Source: Eledone cirrhosa (taxonomy: Eukaryota). From it: 64,000 nt of DNA. The position numbers were made by a program, and so were the translations under genes. Numbering within the stretch: the stretch's first letter is position 1; each line of letters starts with the position of its first letter. Where the stretch lies: contig CAXHJY010000495.1 of NCBI GenBank assembly GCA_964016885.1, positions 1 through 64,000 on the forward strand, in the 5' to 3' direction. The notes below the pieces were generated by a model. That model saw only the letters and a list, made by a program, of their open reading frames with translations, did not search any database and was not told the DNA's origin. Positions 29,591-45,759 of this stretch are shown here, piece after piece.

Positions 29591-29974
29591 CATATATATA
29601 TATGTACATATGATGTCGTGCTTCACTGAATATAGACTTTGCACATATCTTTGATGAAATATCTTCCGTATGAATATTGATTAAGCTGTCCAATACAGCT
29701 CGGCGGCCATATTGGAAATTAATAGATACATTCAACAAAAATTCATTCTCTTCTTATATTTGTTTATTATCCCATTTATAAGATTTTTTACATTCACCCA
29801 ACCACACCCAGATATATAGTATATGTGTGTGTGTGTATATATGTATATATATATACACAGACACACACACACACATATATATCCGTATTTATATATATTT
29901 ATGAAAATATACATATATATATATATATACATACATATTTATAATATTATATATACACATTTATATACATACAC

Positions 29975-30023
<49 letters not shown>

Positions 30024-30208
30024 TGTGTATATATATATGAATGTGTGTATATATATATATATACATATATATGAATGTGTGTATATATATATATATACAT
30101 ATATATGAATGTGTATATATATATATATATATATATGTGTATGTATGTATATATATATCAATGTGTATATATATATATATATATATGTATGTATATACAT
30201 ATATATCA

Positions 30209-30264
<56 letters not shown>

Positions 30265-30394
30265 GTTTTTATCTACGTACATACCTATATATATATATAT
30301 TTATATGCATAAAATATTATATATAAATTGTACATACATACATACATATATATATATATATGCACATGTGTTCATTAAATATATTTACATATAA

Positions 30395-30445
<51 letters not shown>

Positions 30446-30473
30446 GTATAATTTTATATTTATATATATATGT

Positions 30474-30514
<41 letters not shown>

Positions 30515-30803
30515 AGGTACATGCATGTATTCATACGTACATATCTATAATATTCATAGTTCGTAGTATTGTACAAGCTTTATTATACATTTTTTATGTG
30601 CCGGGGCTATATCCTATTGTAATAATTTACAATATGTTGTGGTGTGATATTGTATTGTAAAACCTGAATAGCAATTATAGAAATCATCATCATCACCATC
30701 ATCATCATCGTTGTTTGTGTGGAGAGCATCGCCATATATGTAAATACACATCAACCCATACACGTAAACAAGCCTACACATCAACACATACACGTAAACA
30801 ACC

Positions 30804-30887
<84 letters not shown>

Positions 30888-30888
30888 C

Positions 30889-31075
30889 CAGGGGGTGTAA
30901 CTTGGAGTTACTGCAGGTTCACCCGGGGGAGCACTCGGTGGTTAGGTTCACTTCTGTGATGAGGTGTAGAGCTAGACAGAGTGTAATATATTGAAAGGAT
31001 AACAAGGACGATTGGTTACTCCTTCATTACATTTATTGGTAGGCGACGCGCGTTTCGCCACTGATCAGCTCAAGG
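30889..31075 (-). mobile_element. PLE-like tail with HHR 3' half
   Basis: Minus strand CGAAAC-GCGC-GTC (31045-31057), then AATAAA, then GAGTGCT (30930-30936). Confidence 0.55.
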
Positions 31076-31169
31076 TTCGATCTGTATCGATCCTACCCGA
31101 CTCAATGATCGGCAGCTCGACGGACCCTTTAAAATGCTATAAGAAAATGAAATACATGATATATATATG

Positions 31170-31234
<65 letters not shown>

Positions 31235-31417
31235 GTCATATAGATTTTGGGTATATGTTGGTTGTATACCAACACCTCAGTATCCAGATTGGAGCACTCG
31301 ACGAAGTGCGCAGGTTGGTTTGGTTACTCCGGAGTAATGTAAAATAAAATAAAATAAAATAAAATAAAATAAAATAAAATAAATATGTCAAATGTTTAAA
31401 ATTTAGCTTCGTTTATT

Positions 31418-31472
31418 ACTGCTATATATATTTCGGTGACAGCCATCTTTGGCTGTGACCTCTTCAGGCAGT
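31418..31472 (-). ncRNA. Minimal type-I hammerhead ribozyme (paralog of 7705-7760)
   Basis: Minus strand: ACTGC-CTGAAGA-GGTCACAGCCA-AAGA-TGGCTGTCACC-GAAAT-ATAT-ATA-GCAGT-AATAAA. Confidence 0.88.
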
Positions 31473-31753
31473 CCGAATTAGTGTGGTATAGACAAGTACA
31501 TATGTTGTTGAGGTGTATAACCTTGTCAATACTCTGATATTCCCAGTTTCTGGTTGGGTTGTTATTTCACTGAGGAGTAACGTGTATTATTGGTTGTGCA
31601 AAACGGTCCAATAAATTTTTGTTAGCAATATTAAGCTCTCCACGCTTTAGTATATCTCCAATTCCATTCAAGGGAACAGCTAGATGATGTAAAACGGAGT
31701 ATTAGTATCAAGATGCAAATCCGAAGGCAAGGTAAAATTTCCAATCATTTTAA

Positions 31754-31827
31754 TCAGGACACATGTTTCAATAAGAGATAGATCGATCGTGAAGCCATGA
31801 TCGATTATCACTGATCTCATCAGGTGA
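31754..31827 (-). ncRNA. Type-I hammerhead motif inside an inverted repeat
   Basis: Minus strand: TCAC-CTGATGA-long stem II (ATCGATC/GATCGAT)-GAAAC-ATGT-GTC-CTGA; flanking inverted repeat 31717-31751/31919-31953; first stem I pair is mismatched. Confidence 0.65.
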
Positions 31828-31961
31828 AAATGAATTGTCTTCAACTTCTTGATATGAGGGAGAAAATTAGCAATGTTCACTCACAGAGTTTAGTCCCTCA
31901 TATGAAGATCCAGTAGTCAAAATGATCGGAAATTTTACCTTGCCTTCGGATTTTCATTTTG

Positions 31962-31992
<31 letters not shown>

Positions 31993-31993
31993 A

Positions 31994-32033
<40 letters not shown>

Positions 32034-32103
32034 GCATATATAGATATATACGTTACATATACATGTATATACATACATACATACTTATACATACATATAT
32101 CTT

Positions 32104-32160
<57 letters not shown>

Positions 32161-32459
32161 ATGATAATATAATTTATACTTATATATACACTATATATAA
32201 TTATATACAGAAAAGGTCAGTAATTTATTACCACCTTATTACCAGTAAGAAAAATAGCTCAATGTAAATACACGATGATTCCAAACGAAAATTTGTAAGA
32301 AACGATTGTCAGCAATAAAATGTTTTGAACATTTCAAGGATTCAAGTTTTCCTTGGATAGTCTGTGTGTGTATATATATATATACATATATCCAAGGAAA
32401 ACTTGAACCGTTAAGGTATATTTTCCTTGGTTATGTCAAAATTTATAAAACACACTTCG

Positions 32460-32520
32460 TATTTTGTCTGATGATAGCGTACCAAAGTTTTGGTACCCTT
32501 GAAATATATATAATAGAATA
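32460..32520 (+). ncRNA. Minimal type-I hammerhead ribozyme
   Basis: TATTTTGT-CTGATGA(32468-32474)-TAGCGTACCAAAGTTTTGGTACCCTT-GAAAT-ATAT-ATA-ATAGAATA, AATAAA, then ACTCCAG...GAGTGCT at 32576. Confidence 0.82.
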
Positions 32521-32710
32521 AATATAGTTTCCATATATTTAATATCATTGAATATTATACTCCAGAAAACTTATCGAGTGCTCTGAATCAATTATAAACA
32601 TTTATATTTGTTGAATTACCAACAAATTGTATATCCCTTCTGCTTATATATATATTATATATATATGTGTATATTTATATATACTTATATATAAATATAT
32701 AAATAATATA

Positions 32711-32757
<47 letters not shown>

Positions 32758-33342
32758 GCTGTACTGCTATTATAATACAAATACAGGATTATTCTTCTGT
32801 AAACTCTCTGAATTTCCATGGGCTTAGAATTGTTCGGATACTTTAAACCTACAATTTTTTAATATTAAATGATAATAATATATCTTATTATAATAATAAT
32901 AATATATATGGTTTTGTAATAATAGTATATTTTTTAATAGTATATATAAATATATATAAAAGTTTTTTAACATACACATTAAAAATACTGATTGAATTGA
33001 TAAATTATTAATTTATTAAACCCAAGATAAAATTCTTCAACCTATCATTATAATGAATCTGGCTATTATTCATCTACGAAATATTCATTTCTTCGCTTCT
33101 TCTCTCATAACGTAAACAATAATTACGCTATTACTGTCCTTATAACTAATATTCTCTCTCACTTAAATATACTCACGTTGTTTCTCTTTCTCTTTCTTTT
33201 TCTCTTTCTTTTTCTCTTTCTTTTTCTCTTTCTTTTTCTCTTTCTTTTTTCCCTCTTCCAACGGCGTAATTTAAATATACTGTTATTTAAACCTTTCCGA
33301 CAATAATTTGCATAATAAACCAACAATAAATCTAGTATCTCC

Positions 33343-33619
33343 ACTATCCGGGAGACTCCAACCGTGAAGGTTGCATTTTTCAGTGTATGTCAATATTTAT
33401 TCATAAAACTAATCTATATTATATTTTATCTGATGAAAGCGCACCATAATCTGCCTTGGTGGCCCTTGAAATATGTATAAGGAAATAAATATGGTTTTAT
33501 AAATATAATTTCCATTTGTTAATATATTGTATATTTACTCAAATTAATTTGTTGAGTGCTTTATATCAGTTATAAAAATATTTTGCTTGTTGTATCCCAA
33601 CAAATTAAATATAACTTCT

Positions 33620-33620
<1 letters not shown>
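33343..33620 (+). mobile_element. Unrearranged PLE-like terminal cassette with HHR (33423-33486) and tail
   Basis: CTGATGA 33430-33436, GAAAT-ATGT-ATA 33468-33479, AATAAA, ACTCAA...TTGAGTGCT 33554-33560; ends at (CA)n(TA)n. Confidence 0.75.
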
Positions 33621-33654
<34 letters not shown>

Positions 33655-34764
33655 GCTATTGTAATTAAAGGTCCCACTCATTTTAAACACATCTATAAGT
33701 ACAATTTAAATTATAACTCGAAATGATGAAAGGCAGAACTAACATAGATGAAATTTGAACTGACGTTGTAGAGATTCGGTACGAATGCCGCAAACGATCT
33801 AACCTACGTTCTAACGTGTTTGGCAATTCACTGCAATGTTGCGACTGATGATGTTGTTGATGTTGTTTGTTGTTGTTGTTGTTGTTGTATTTGATGCAAC
33901 CATAATTATAGAAAATAGCGTCGAAATAGGAAGTGATTGTTTATCATAATAGATATATAATTGGTTTGATGTGAGCTTTAAAAGAGCAGGGCTGCTGTCT
34001 GTTGTAGAGATGGTGGTGGTGGTGGTGGTGTAGTGTTGCTGTTGGTTGTAGAGATGGTGGTCGTGGTGGTGATAGTGGTGGTGATGGTGATGGTGGTCGT
34101 GGTGGTGTTGGTCGTATAGATGATGATGGTGTTGGTTGTAGAGATGGTGGTGGTGGTGGTGGCGTAGTGCTGCTGTTGGTTGTAGAGATGGTGGTGGTAT
34201 TGATAGTGGTGGTGATGGTGGTCGTGGTGGAGTTGGTGGTGGTGTTGGTCGTATAGATGATGATGGTGTTAGTTGTAGAGATGGTGGTGGTGGTGGTGTA
34301 GTGCTGCTGTTGGTTGTAGAGATGGTGGTGGTATTGATAGTGGTGGTGATAGTGGCGGTGATGCTGGTGGTGGTGGTCGTGGCGAAGTTGGTGGTGGTGT
34401 TGGTCGTATAGAGGATGATGGTGTTGGTTGTAGAGATGATGGTGGTGGTGGTATGGATGACGGTGGTGTTGATGGTGGCGGTGGTGGTGGTACTGTTGGC
34501 TATATGTTCAGTGGAAGTGGTGGTGCTGTTGACTGTATATATGGCGGTAGTGGTGGTGCTGGAGGGTCTGCTGTTGTATGTATGGTGGTGGTGGTGGTGT
34601 TGTAGGTGGTGGTGGTGGCGGTGGTGGTGGTGGTGTTGGAGACGGTGGTGGTGTTGGATGAGGCAAGTTATTTAAAAGTATATATTTTGGCCATGGGCGG
34701 TTCGGATCAAAGGGTCTTTTTCATAGTTGCTTTATTAATTTCATACATAATTACACAACAGGCA

Positions 34765-35130
<366 letters not shown>

Positions 35131-35175
35131 TACACACACATAAAAGAGTACAGCTACACACACACATCCACACCC

Positions 35176-35222
<47 letters not shown>

Positions 35223-35372
35223 TGGACACACAAACATGGTTACACACAGTCAAATACACACATCCAACTGTGTACAGACATACACATATATACATGTATG
35301 TGTGTGTGCGTGTATGTATGTGTGTGTATGTGTGTGTCAGAGAGAGAGAAAGAATGAGAATGTGTGTGTGTC

Positions 35373-35406
<34 letters not shown>

Positions 35407-35537
35407 AGAATGTGTGTGTATGTGTGTGTATGTGTGTGAGAGAGAGAAAGAAGGAGAATGTTTGTGTATGTGCGTGAGAGAGATAGGGAAGGAGAATGTG
35501 TGTATGTGTGTGTATGTGTGAGAGAGAGAGAATGTTT

Positions 35538-35583
<46 letters not shown>

Positions 35584-35894
35584 AGGAGAATGTGTGCGTG
35601 AGAGAGAGAGAGAGAGAGAGAGAAAGAAAGTAAGAAAGAGAGAGAGAGCAGTAGACTCTGTGTGTGTGAGAGAGAGAGAGAGAGAGAAAGAAAGTAAGAA
35701 AGAGAGAGAGAGAGCAGTAGACTCTGTGTGTGAGAGAGAGAGAGATAGGGAGACTGTGAGAGAGTGAGAGAGAGAGAGGGAGACTGTGTGTGTGTGTGTG
35801 TGAGAGAGAGGGAGACTGTGAGAGAGTGAGAGAGAGAGGGAGACTGTGAGAGAGAGAGAGAAAGAAAGTAAGAAAGAGAGAGAGCAGTAGACTC

Positions 35895-35931
<37 letters not shown>

Positions 35932-36062
35932 GGGAGACTGTGAGAGAGAGAGAGAGAGAGGGAGACTGTGTGTGTGAGAGTGAGAGAGATAGGGAGACTG
36001 TGAGAGAGTGAGAGAGAGAGAGGGAGACTGTGAGAGAGAGAGAGAGAGAGAGAGAGGGAGAC

Positions 36063-36096
<34 letters not shown>

Positions 36097-36386
36097 CAAG
36101 TGAAGGAGTGTGACGCCCTGTCCCTACAGAGCAATCTTTGCTGTATAATAAGCCCCTTATTATAAGCCCCTTATCCACTGTACTACACAGCTTACCATTG
36201 ACCACTTGGACGTGATGGGTCTCCGGGCAAACTAATACACAACCACTGCATGTATATATCAGAATTGGGCCCCTTACATACACAACAAATTATACATATA
36301 TTAACATTGGGCTTCTAGACCTGGCAGTCCCCAGTTATAAGCAAAAACCAGGAGCCCTTTATGTATTCATATACGCACACACACAC

Positions 36387-36465
<79 letters not shown>

Positions 36466-36526
36466 TACATACACATATATACATATACATATATACATAT
36501 ACACACGCATATATATCTCTAGACAC

Positions 36527-36605
<79 letters not shown>

Positions 36606-36687
36606 AATATATGCAGATACATACATACATACATACATACATACATACATACATACATACATACATAATATATATATATATATAATA

Positions 36688-36728
<41 letters not shown>

Positions 36729-36760
36729 AATATATGCAGATACATACATACATACATACA

Positions 36761-36796
<36 letters not shown>

Positions 36797-36908
36797 GGTA
36801 GGTGGTACGTCATAGTATTTGATTGTATAAATGTAGTAGGGAAAATGGCAGAGATGGTGGTGGTGGTTGTGGTGGTGGTGTTTGCAGAGGTGGTGGTGGC
36901 GGAGGTGG

Positions 36909-36939
<31 letters not shown>

Positions 36940-37396
36940 GGAGGTGGTGGCAGAGGCGGTGGTGGTGGTGGAGGTGGTGGCAGAGGTGGCGGTGGTGGTG
37001 GTGGTTGTGGTGGTGGAGTTGGTGGCGGTGGTGGTGTTTGTAGAGGTGGTGGTGGTGGAGGTGGTGGCAGAGGTGGTGGTGGTGGTGTTACGTATGATTA
37101 TGGATACAAATTGTCTGGCAAATGAAATGTTAGCTATTGTGGGACACATTCCACACCGTTTAAGTTCCTATAGGATATTTGATTCCAGAACAATCTCCAC
37201 GACATGTATGTATGTGTGTATGTATGCGTCTAGGTAGGTGTGTGTGTGTGTGTGTGTTTTTGTATATGTGTATGTATGCGAGTATGTATGTATGCTTGTG
37301 TGTATATATGTATGTGTATGTGTGTACGTATGCTTAATTTTATCTATGTATGCATCCATCTATCTATTGACTTATCTATCAATATATGTGCGTATA

Positions 37397-37484
<88 letters not shown>

Positions 37485-37504
37485 TATATATATGTATATA
37501 TATA

Positions 37505-37550
<46 letters not shown>

Positions 37551-37570
37551 TATATATATGTATATATATA

Positions 37571-37615
<45 letters not shown>

Positions 37616-37638
37616 TCATATGCGTATATATATTTATA

Positions 37639-37707
<69 letters not shown>

Positions 37708-38316
37708 GCATATGTATATATGTGTGACACTGACATATAGACATGCATATATATATACACGCACGCAAATATATAAATATCTACATATACACATGTGTAC
37801 ATATACACTTATATAGACACATAATACCTACATAGGTACATACATACATAAATATATACATACACACATGTATATATATACTTAAGTACATAAACACATA
37901 GATACATACCTATCTAGCTACATACATATATATATACACAGATATCTACATACCTACCTACCTACCACACGATCACATACAAACACATACACATACACAC
38001 ACACACACACATACATATACACCACCCGCACACATCGCTATATAATACAAAAAACATTTGATTGCTAAACAATTTCAATGAGAGTCAATAAGAAACGGCC
38101 GCTATAGTAAGATTAAGAGGCAATCATCATCTAGACATTGAGATTGGAGAGAAAATGGCGTAATATTTCATACCACAACAAATCTCATTTCGACAATGTT
38201 ACATTTATTTAGATGACAAAATATTACATTGCTAGAATATTCTATAGGAAACGTTATATTAAAAGTCAAAATAGAAGCATTAAATCTACAAGAAAAAAAA
38301 TGTAAAATAATAATTA

Positions 38317-38385
<69 letters not shown>

Positions 38386-38582
38386 ATATATATATATTAT
38401 ATATAAGTAAATATATGTATATACATATCATATATATACTGCTATACTATATATATATACATATATACATATACAGATATATATGTGTGTATATATATAA
38501 TATAAAATATATATATATACAAATATATACGTATATACAAATATATATTTGCATACACATGTTTTTGTACGTATATGTATGG

Positions 38583-38633
<51 letters not shown>

Positions 38634-38688
38634 TATACATATAAATAAGTATAAAATACATACACATACCAACGTCTCTCTCTCTCTC

Positions 38689-38763
<75 letters not shown>

Positions 38764-39252
38764 GTATATATGTAATAAATATAGAAATGCATTTTATGGG
38801 TGGTACCATGAAATTCAAATACTCTACCCAGCCACAAACACAACCACGACCACCACCCTCAACCATCAATATTTCTATCACTCCAATTATCACAGCTAAG
38901 ACACCCACCTACACTTATTAAGTTAACCTACTCTCATAGACATTAATTCTCTCAAAATGAATATTGCAACTAGCATTAACGCTATCACCATCAGCAATGA
39001 ACAATTCCTACCTTGTTTACAACCATCATCTCTATAATGCCGCCACCTCTTGTTTCCCCTTACCAACAGATAATCACAGCTATCACGGCAACTGTCGCTA
39101 CTAATACACTTTAGCGCTGTGTATATATGTATATATATGTGTATGTATGTATATGTTAGTGTATATATATATGTATATGTATAGGTGTCTATATGTAGTT
39201 ATATATAAATATATGTATATATATATGGATGTGTATGTATATGTATATATAT

Positions 39253-39295
<43 letters not shown>

Positions 39296-39382
39296 GTATG
39301 TATATATGTATATATATGTATGTGTTTGTATTATATATACAAATAGACTATTCGTATATGTATTTTATATCAGAAATATATC

Positions 39383-39448
<66 letters not shown>

Positions 39449-39507
39449 ATATACATACATATATATGGTATATATATAATATATATATATATATGTGTGT
39501 GTGTATA

Positions 39508-39542
<35 letters not shown>

Positions 39543-39555
39543 ACATATATATATG

Positions 39556-39594
<39 letters not shown>

Positions 39595-39923
39595 ATATAT
39601 GTATATACATATATATATATTTATATATATATACATACATATATATATATATTTATATATATATATATAGAGAGAGAGAGGGGGGTGGAAGGGGAGAGTA
39701 TGTGTCCGACCAGGCCACTTATTCTGACAATAAACACAATAGTTGAGAAGTTATATTAATATTGAAAAGTCACCAGAAACTGATTGGTTCCACCATTAAC
39801 CATATTCACCCTACCGCCATCTTATATACATACAGGATGTCCTATAAAAATGTATACACACATCAACAACTTTCTAATAAATATGTGTATACACTTTTTG
39901 GACACACATACACAAACACACAC

Positions 39924-40006
<83 letters not shown>

Positions 40007-40008
<2 letters not shown>

Positions 40009-40070
40009 CCTGATGATTTCCTTTGGATGAAACAGTTCTAGTTCTGTAGAAGCCATTTCTATATTAAAAT
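40007..40070 (+). ncRNA. Hammerhead motif family B
   Basis: TC-CTGATGA(40010-40016)-TTTCCTTTGGAT-GAAAC-AG-TTCTAGTT-CT-GTA-GAAGC; 4-bp stem III; stem I truncated to 2 bp. Confidence 0.65.
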
Positions 40071-40078
40071 ATTATATA

Positions 40079-40122
<44 letters not shown>

Positions 40123-40126
<4 letters not shown>

Positions 40127-40270
40127 AAAAGACTGTCAGGACCTCGACGGCTGAGCTTCTGCCGTTTCGACAGCTAGATCCGAACTCTCTTACCCTCTCT
40201 ACTACCCTAAGTATTGAGTACTCTGGTGCCTTATGGTCCAGCTCGTTTCTTACCACACCTTCTTTGTTAT
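40123..40270. mobile_element. HHR cassette family C
   Basis: Inverted GAAACGGC...GCCGTC followed by the forward family C tail; (TA)n on both sides. Confidence 0.7.
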
Positions 40271-40624
40271 ATATATATATATTTAATACAATAACAGAGA
40301 TAGCTTAAAGCTAAACTCCGACTGGTAACCATCTCACTCAACAAACATTGGGGTTATATGTTAGTATATAAACCAATTTAAGTGTTTCGTGTGCTAACTA
40401 TATGTATTTTGTGGAAAGCCAGTTGTATTATTTTATGAGATATAATTAAAGTTAAAATATCTCTCTTCTTCTCTCTCTCTCTATATATATATATATATTT
40501 CGTAGTCTGATTATGAAGGAGTGACGCCAGAGCTTATGAAATCTTGCATGCATTAATTTCAACTCTTCTTATTAAATAACAGCATTGTTTCTTTCCGGGG
40601 ACTATGTTGAAAAATAAACCTCAT

Positions 40625-40672
<48 letters not shown>

Positions 40673-41035
40673 GTGTGTGTGTGTGTATATATTGCTGCTG
40701 TTTTTGTTGTTGTTGTTGTTGTTGTCATTGTTGTTGTTGTTGTTGCCATTGTTGTTGTTGTTGTTGCCATTGTTGTTGTTGTTATCACTATTGTAACATT
40801 ACTCCATACTGTTCTCTCCGGAAACAGATGACACGATGTTGACTTAATAATATGGTAAACATAACAGTCACTGACATAGCAGTGGTTGAGTAGATCGATA
40901 ACAATCACTGACATGGCTGGCAGGAAGTTTCGATACCAATCACAGACATAGCTGTGGTTAAGGAGTTCCATAATAATCACAGGAATGTCTGTGGTTATAG
41001 TTCGATATCTGTTGCCCTTGCGCCTAAATCAGAAA

Positions 41036-41082
<47 letters not shown>

Positions 41083-41084
41083 TC

Positions 41085-41422
<338 letters not shown>

Positions 41423-41425
41423 AAT

Positions 41426-41563
<138 letters not shown>

Positions 41564-41613
41564 AATATATATGTATATATATATATATAAATATATATGT
41601 ATATATATATATG

Positions 41614-41647
<34 letters not shown>

Positions 41648-41657
41648 AATATATATG

Positions 41658-41757
<100 letters not shown>

Positions 41758-41855
41758 CTCTTGCTGTTAAAACGATATATATATATACTGTCCATATATA
41801 ATTTCTTGTTAACTTCACCGTCACATGACTTTTCGTGTGGCCAATATTTGTTTAA

Positions 41856-41940
41856 ATCGTCTTTCAATTTGTGTGCAATGTCCTTTGCAGTATTCTCAAC
41901 GTATGATTATGTTGGTGAAACCGCTTATAAATTGATTTGC
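41856..41940 (+). pseudogene. Possible decayed GIY-YIG endonuclease fragment (Penelope-like)
   Basis: [12 protein letters not shown] (one frame), then [10 protein letters not shown] (shifted frame); resembles VVY.F.C..C...YVGET.R.L. Confidence 0.35.
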
Positions 41941-42345
41941 GGTCATTCTTAAGTTATTAAATCTGTTTTGTTTAATGTTAGATGTGACAGTGGCTATATA
42001 TATAATAAATACTTATATTCAGTGGCTATTACCTACCCAGACACTTCAGGGATACAATTTAATGTCCTGGCTCTTTTATTTGTATTCTGAAAAATTTAAA
42101 TTATTATTATTGTATTACTTTTCGTAAATGTATTAACATACGCTTACTACCAGCTTCAATAATGACATAATTGATATTTTCATATATCACTGTCACGTGT
42201 ATGAATACTGAACTACTCTAATATAGTGTGTAGCAACAGTTTAAAGGAACACAAACACACACACATACATATATCTATCTATATACACATATAGATATAG
42301 TAATGATAAATACAAAGATCAAAATCCGAACAAGACTCGACAAGG

Positions 42346-42383
<38 letters not shown>

Positions 42384-42592
42384 TAGTTTTTGCGTTGTTT
42401 TGATATTGTATGGCTGGGTTTTGCCCTGCCGCAATTTCAATTTGTCAAGCTATCTAAACGTAATGTTATTACTTTAAGGACCTACCCTTATTGAGTGGTT
42501 TGCTACTCATTCCTAATTGTAGGTCGATTTTGCTTGACCACAGCCAAAGCTTCGATTTTACTAAGCTTCCACTTTTACTAACCTTCCACTTG

Positions 42593-42640
<48 letters not shown>

Positions 42641-42643
<3 letters not shown>

Positions 42644-42745
42644 CGAAGGAAGTGTGGTAAGGAACCAGGTGTACCATAACGCACCAGAGTACCTAGCTGT
42701 CGAAACGGCTGGAGCGCAGCCGTCGGGGTCCTGATTCTTTTTCTA
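42641..42745. mobile_element. HHR cassette family C
   Basis: Inverted tail 42641-42692 joined to TCGAAAC-GGCTG-GAGCG-CAGCC-GTC-GGGG. Confidence 0.7.
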
Positions 42746-43149
42746 TATATAAAATTCAAAATTTCAGTTGCTGTTTATCTATCTATCTGTCTATTAACCC
42801 ACTGTTCTCTTCCTCTTTTTTTCTCTCTCTCTAATTATCTTTGTTTCATTAGGTATATAACTCTTTGAGAATAGATTGTCTAATTACGCATGCGTACACA
42901 CATACACACATCGCGTGTATGTGTGTGATATTATGTATACTACATCTGCAAATATCATGCATTCAATAACATACAAACCTACACAAAGAGCACCTATATG
43001 TTTGTATGTATGTATATATGAGTGAGTGTTTGTGTGTGCGTGTGTATATATTATATATTTACGTGTGTGTGTGTGTGCGCGCGTGTGTGTATGTGTGTGT
43101 GTGTGTCTGTCTGCATGTATATATATATATATATATATATCATTATTTG

Positions 43150-43336
43150 TGGATTAGCAGTATTGGTAGAGCGTCGGACGCCATGCTTTGCAGCACAGAG
43201 TTACGTCTCTTTATGGTCTGAGTTCAAATCCCGCCGAGGTTAACTTTGCCTTTCATCCTTACGGGATCGATAAAATAAAGTACCAGTAATACACTGGGAT
43301 AATTGCTGACCTTTTGCCAAATATAGAAACAATTAT
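43150..43336 (+). mobile_element. tRNA-derived SINE (OK-like family)
   Basis: A-box-like TAGCAGTATTGGTAGAG, B box GAGTTCAAATC, conserved ACTTTGCCTTTCATCCTT.CGGG.TCGATAAAATAAAGTACCAG. Confidence 0.85.
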
Positions 43337-43392
43337 TTGTGTATATATATGTATGCATATGTATACCTGCATATCCCTCTGTATGTATATAC

Positions 43393-43436
<44 letters not shown>

Positions 43437-43855
43437 ATGTATGTATGTGTGCGTGTATGTATATATATATACATACATACATATATATATATATTATGTG
43501 TGTGTATGTATATATATTTATATAAGTATGTGTTTGTATGTGTATATGTGTGCGTGTGTTTGTGTGTATATATATATATATATATGTGTGTGCGTCAGTG
43601 CATATATACGTATGTATATATGTGTGTGTATATATATATGTATATATATACACATATATATATATCTTCTCTCGTTAAATCTTCTTGTTCTAGGTCCCCT
43701 GGAAACCGTTTTCTAATGAAATATTAAACAAAGTCTGTGCTAACAACGACAACAACAACAACGACAACAACAATAACCACAACCACAACAACAATTAATA
43801 ACAAAATCAGCAATAATAATATCAAAAACCATAATATTATGATTTTTATTATTGC

Positions 43856-43895
<40 letters not shown>

Positions 43896-44203
43896 ATTAT
43901 TGTCGTTGTTGTTGTTGTTGTTGTTGTTTTCTGCTTTAAAATGTTTTTTCTATATTTTATTCCGTTAAATTTCAAAACGAAACGCTAACATAAAAAAAAA
44001 AAAACCCAGAGATGAATAAGATATATATTTTAATTCCTGATTTTATAAGAAAATGATTTTATCAGTTCCCCTTTACAATACTATTAAAAGAAACTTATTC
44101 ATGCCAGAAAGCGATAAATCATCATTATTATTATTTGCATCCTCATCATCATCATCATCGTGATCATCATCATGATCATCGATAATATTAATAAGGTTTT
44201 TTG

Positions 44204-44383
44204 ATTTAGGCACATGGCCAACAAATTTGAAGGGAAAGAGGGAAAGTGGATGAAAACGAACCCAATGCATAACTGGTACTTTATTTTATCGATTCCGAAA
44301 GGATGAAAAGCAAAGTTAACCTTGGAGGTATTTGAACTCATATCATAAAGGGCCGTAACTCTACTGATACTGCCAATCCACCG
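44204..44383 (-). mobile_element. tRNA-derived SINE, same family
   Basis: CTGGTACTTTATTTTATCGA..GGATGAAA.GCAAAGTTAACCT...TTTGAACTC. Confidence 0.8.
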
Positions 44384-44472
44384 AACATTCATAACAACAA
44401 TATATGCTCTGGGTATAATAAAATTAGAGACAGGTGCGTAGACAAAAATCCAATATTTACAAATCTGTATGT

Positions 44473-44530
<58 letters not shown>

Positions 44531-45122
44531 ACATACAGAAAATAACACTACAAGGTACTAGATACATATTAAAACATAGAGTGCTTTAAATACATTAGCA
44601 ACACCACCACACGAAACATACATATTATAGACAGAGCTGTGGTGGGAATGCAGTTATAGTCGAAGGAGCGCCGGACAAGTTATCGTTTACGCTCTGATTT
44701 CAAAATCTGTCAGCGTCGACTGTATTTTCCACATTCCTGGGATGAAGAGATCGATAAAATGCTAGAATTATTTAAGTTCAGAGGTCGATACAATTGACAA
44801 TTCAATCTAAATTTGGTCCATTAAGGTGATGTAATATGAGTACACCATCATCACTATACAGTCCACAGTTGAGGTGAAGGTATTTGTTTTTTTTCTTTCT
44901 GCTGTTAGTGTAATATATTAAATAAAGAAAATAATGATTATTTTTAATATTATTGTACTTAAATATTTCATTAACGGATGAAGAATTTATACAAAGTAAT
45001 TAGCATAATTATGCTAATTACTTTTAGTATCTTCATTTAGTAATAGTAATAGTAGTGGTAGTCACTGTCTTTGTTGAATCGCTGAACAACTTTATAGTGT
45101 CTAATATATATATATATAAATA

Positions 45123-45205
<83 letters not shown>

Positions 45206-45470
45206 CTCTCTATATATATATATGTATGTATATATATATATATACATATATGTATATATATATGTATATATATATATATGTATATGTATGTATATATATA
45301 TATACATATATGTATATATATATATATATATATACATATATGTATATATATATGTATATATATATGTATATATATATATACATATATGTATATATATATG
45401 TATATATATGTATATATATATATGTATATATATGTATATATATATATGTATATATATGTATATATATATG

Positions 45471-45503
<33 letters not shown>

Positions 45504-45614
45504 CTATATCTATATGTATATATATACATATATATATGTGTGTGTGTGTTTCAGAAATACTTTTGAGAGTAAAAACGATCTATCTATTTCCCATATCGTT
45601 TAAATTAATCGATA

Positions 45615-45759
<145 letters not shown>

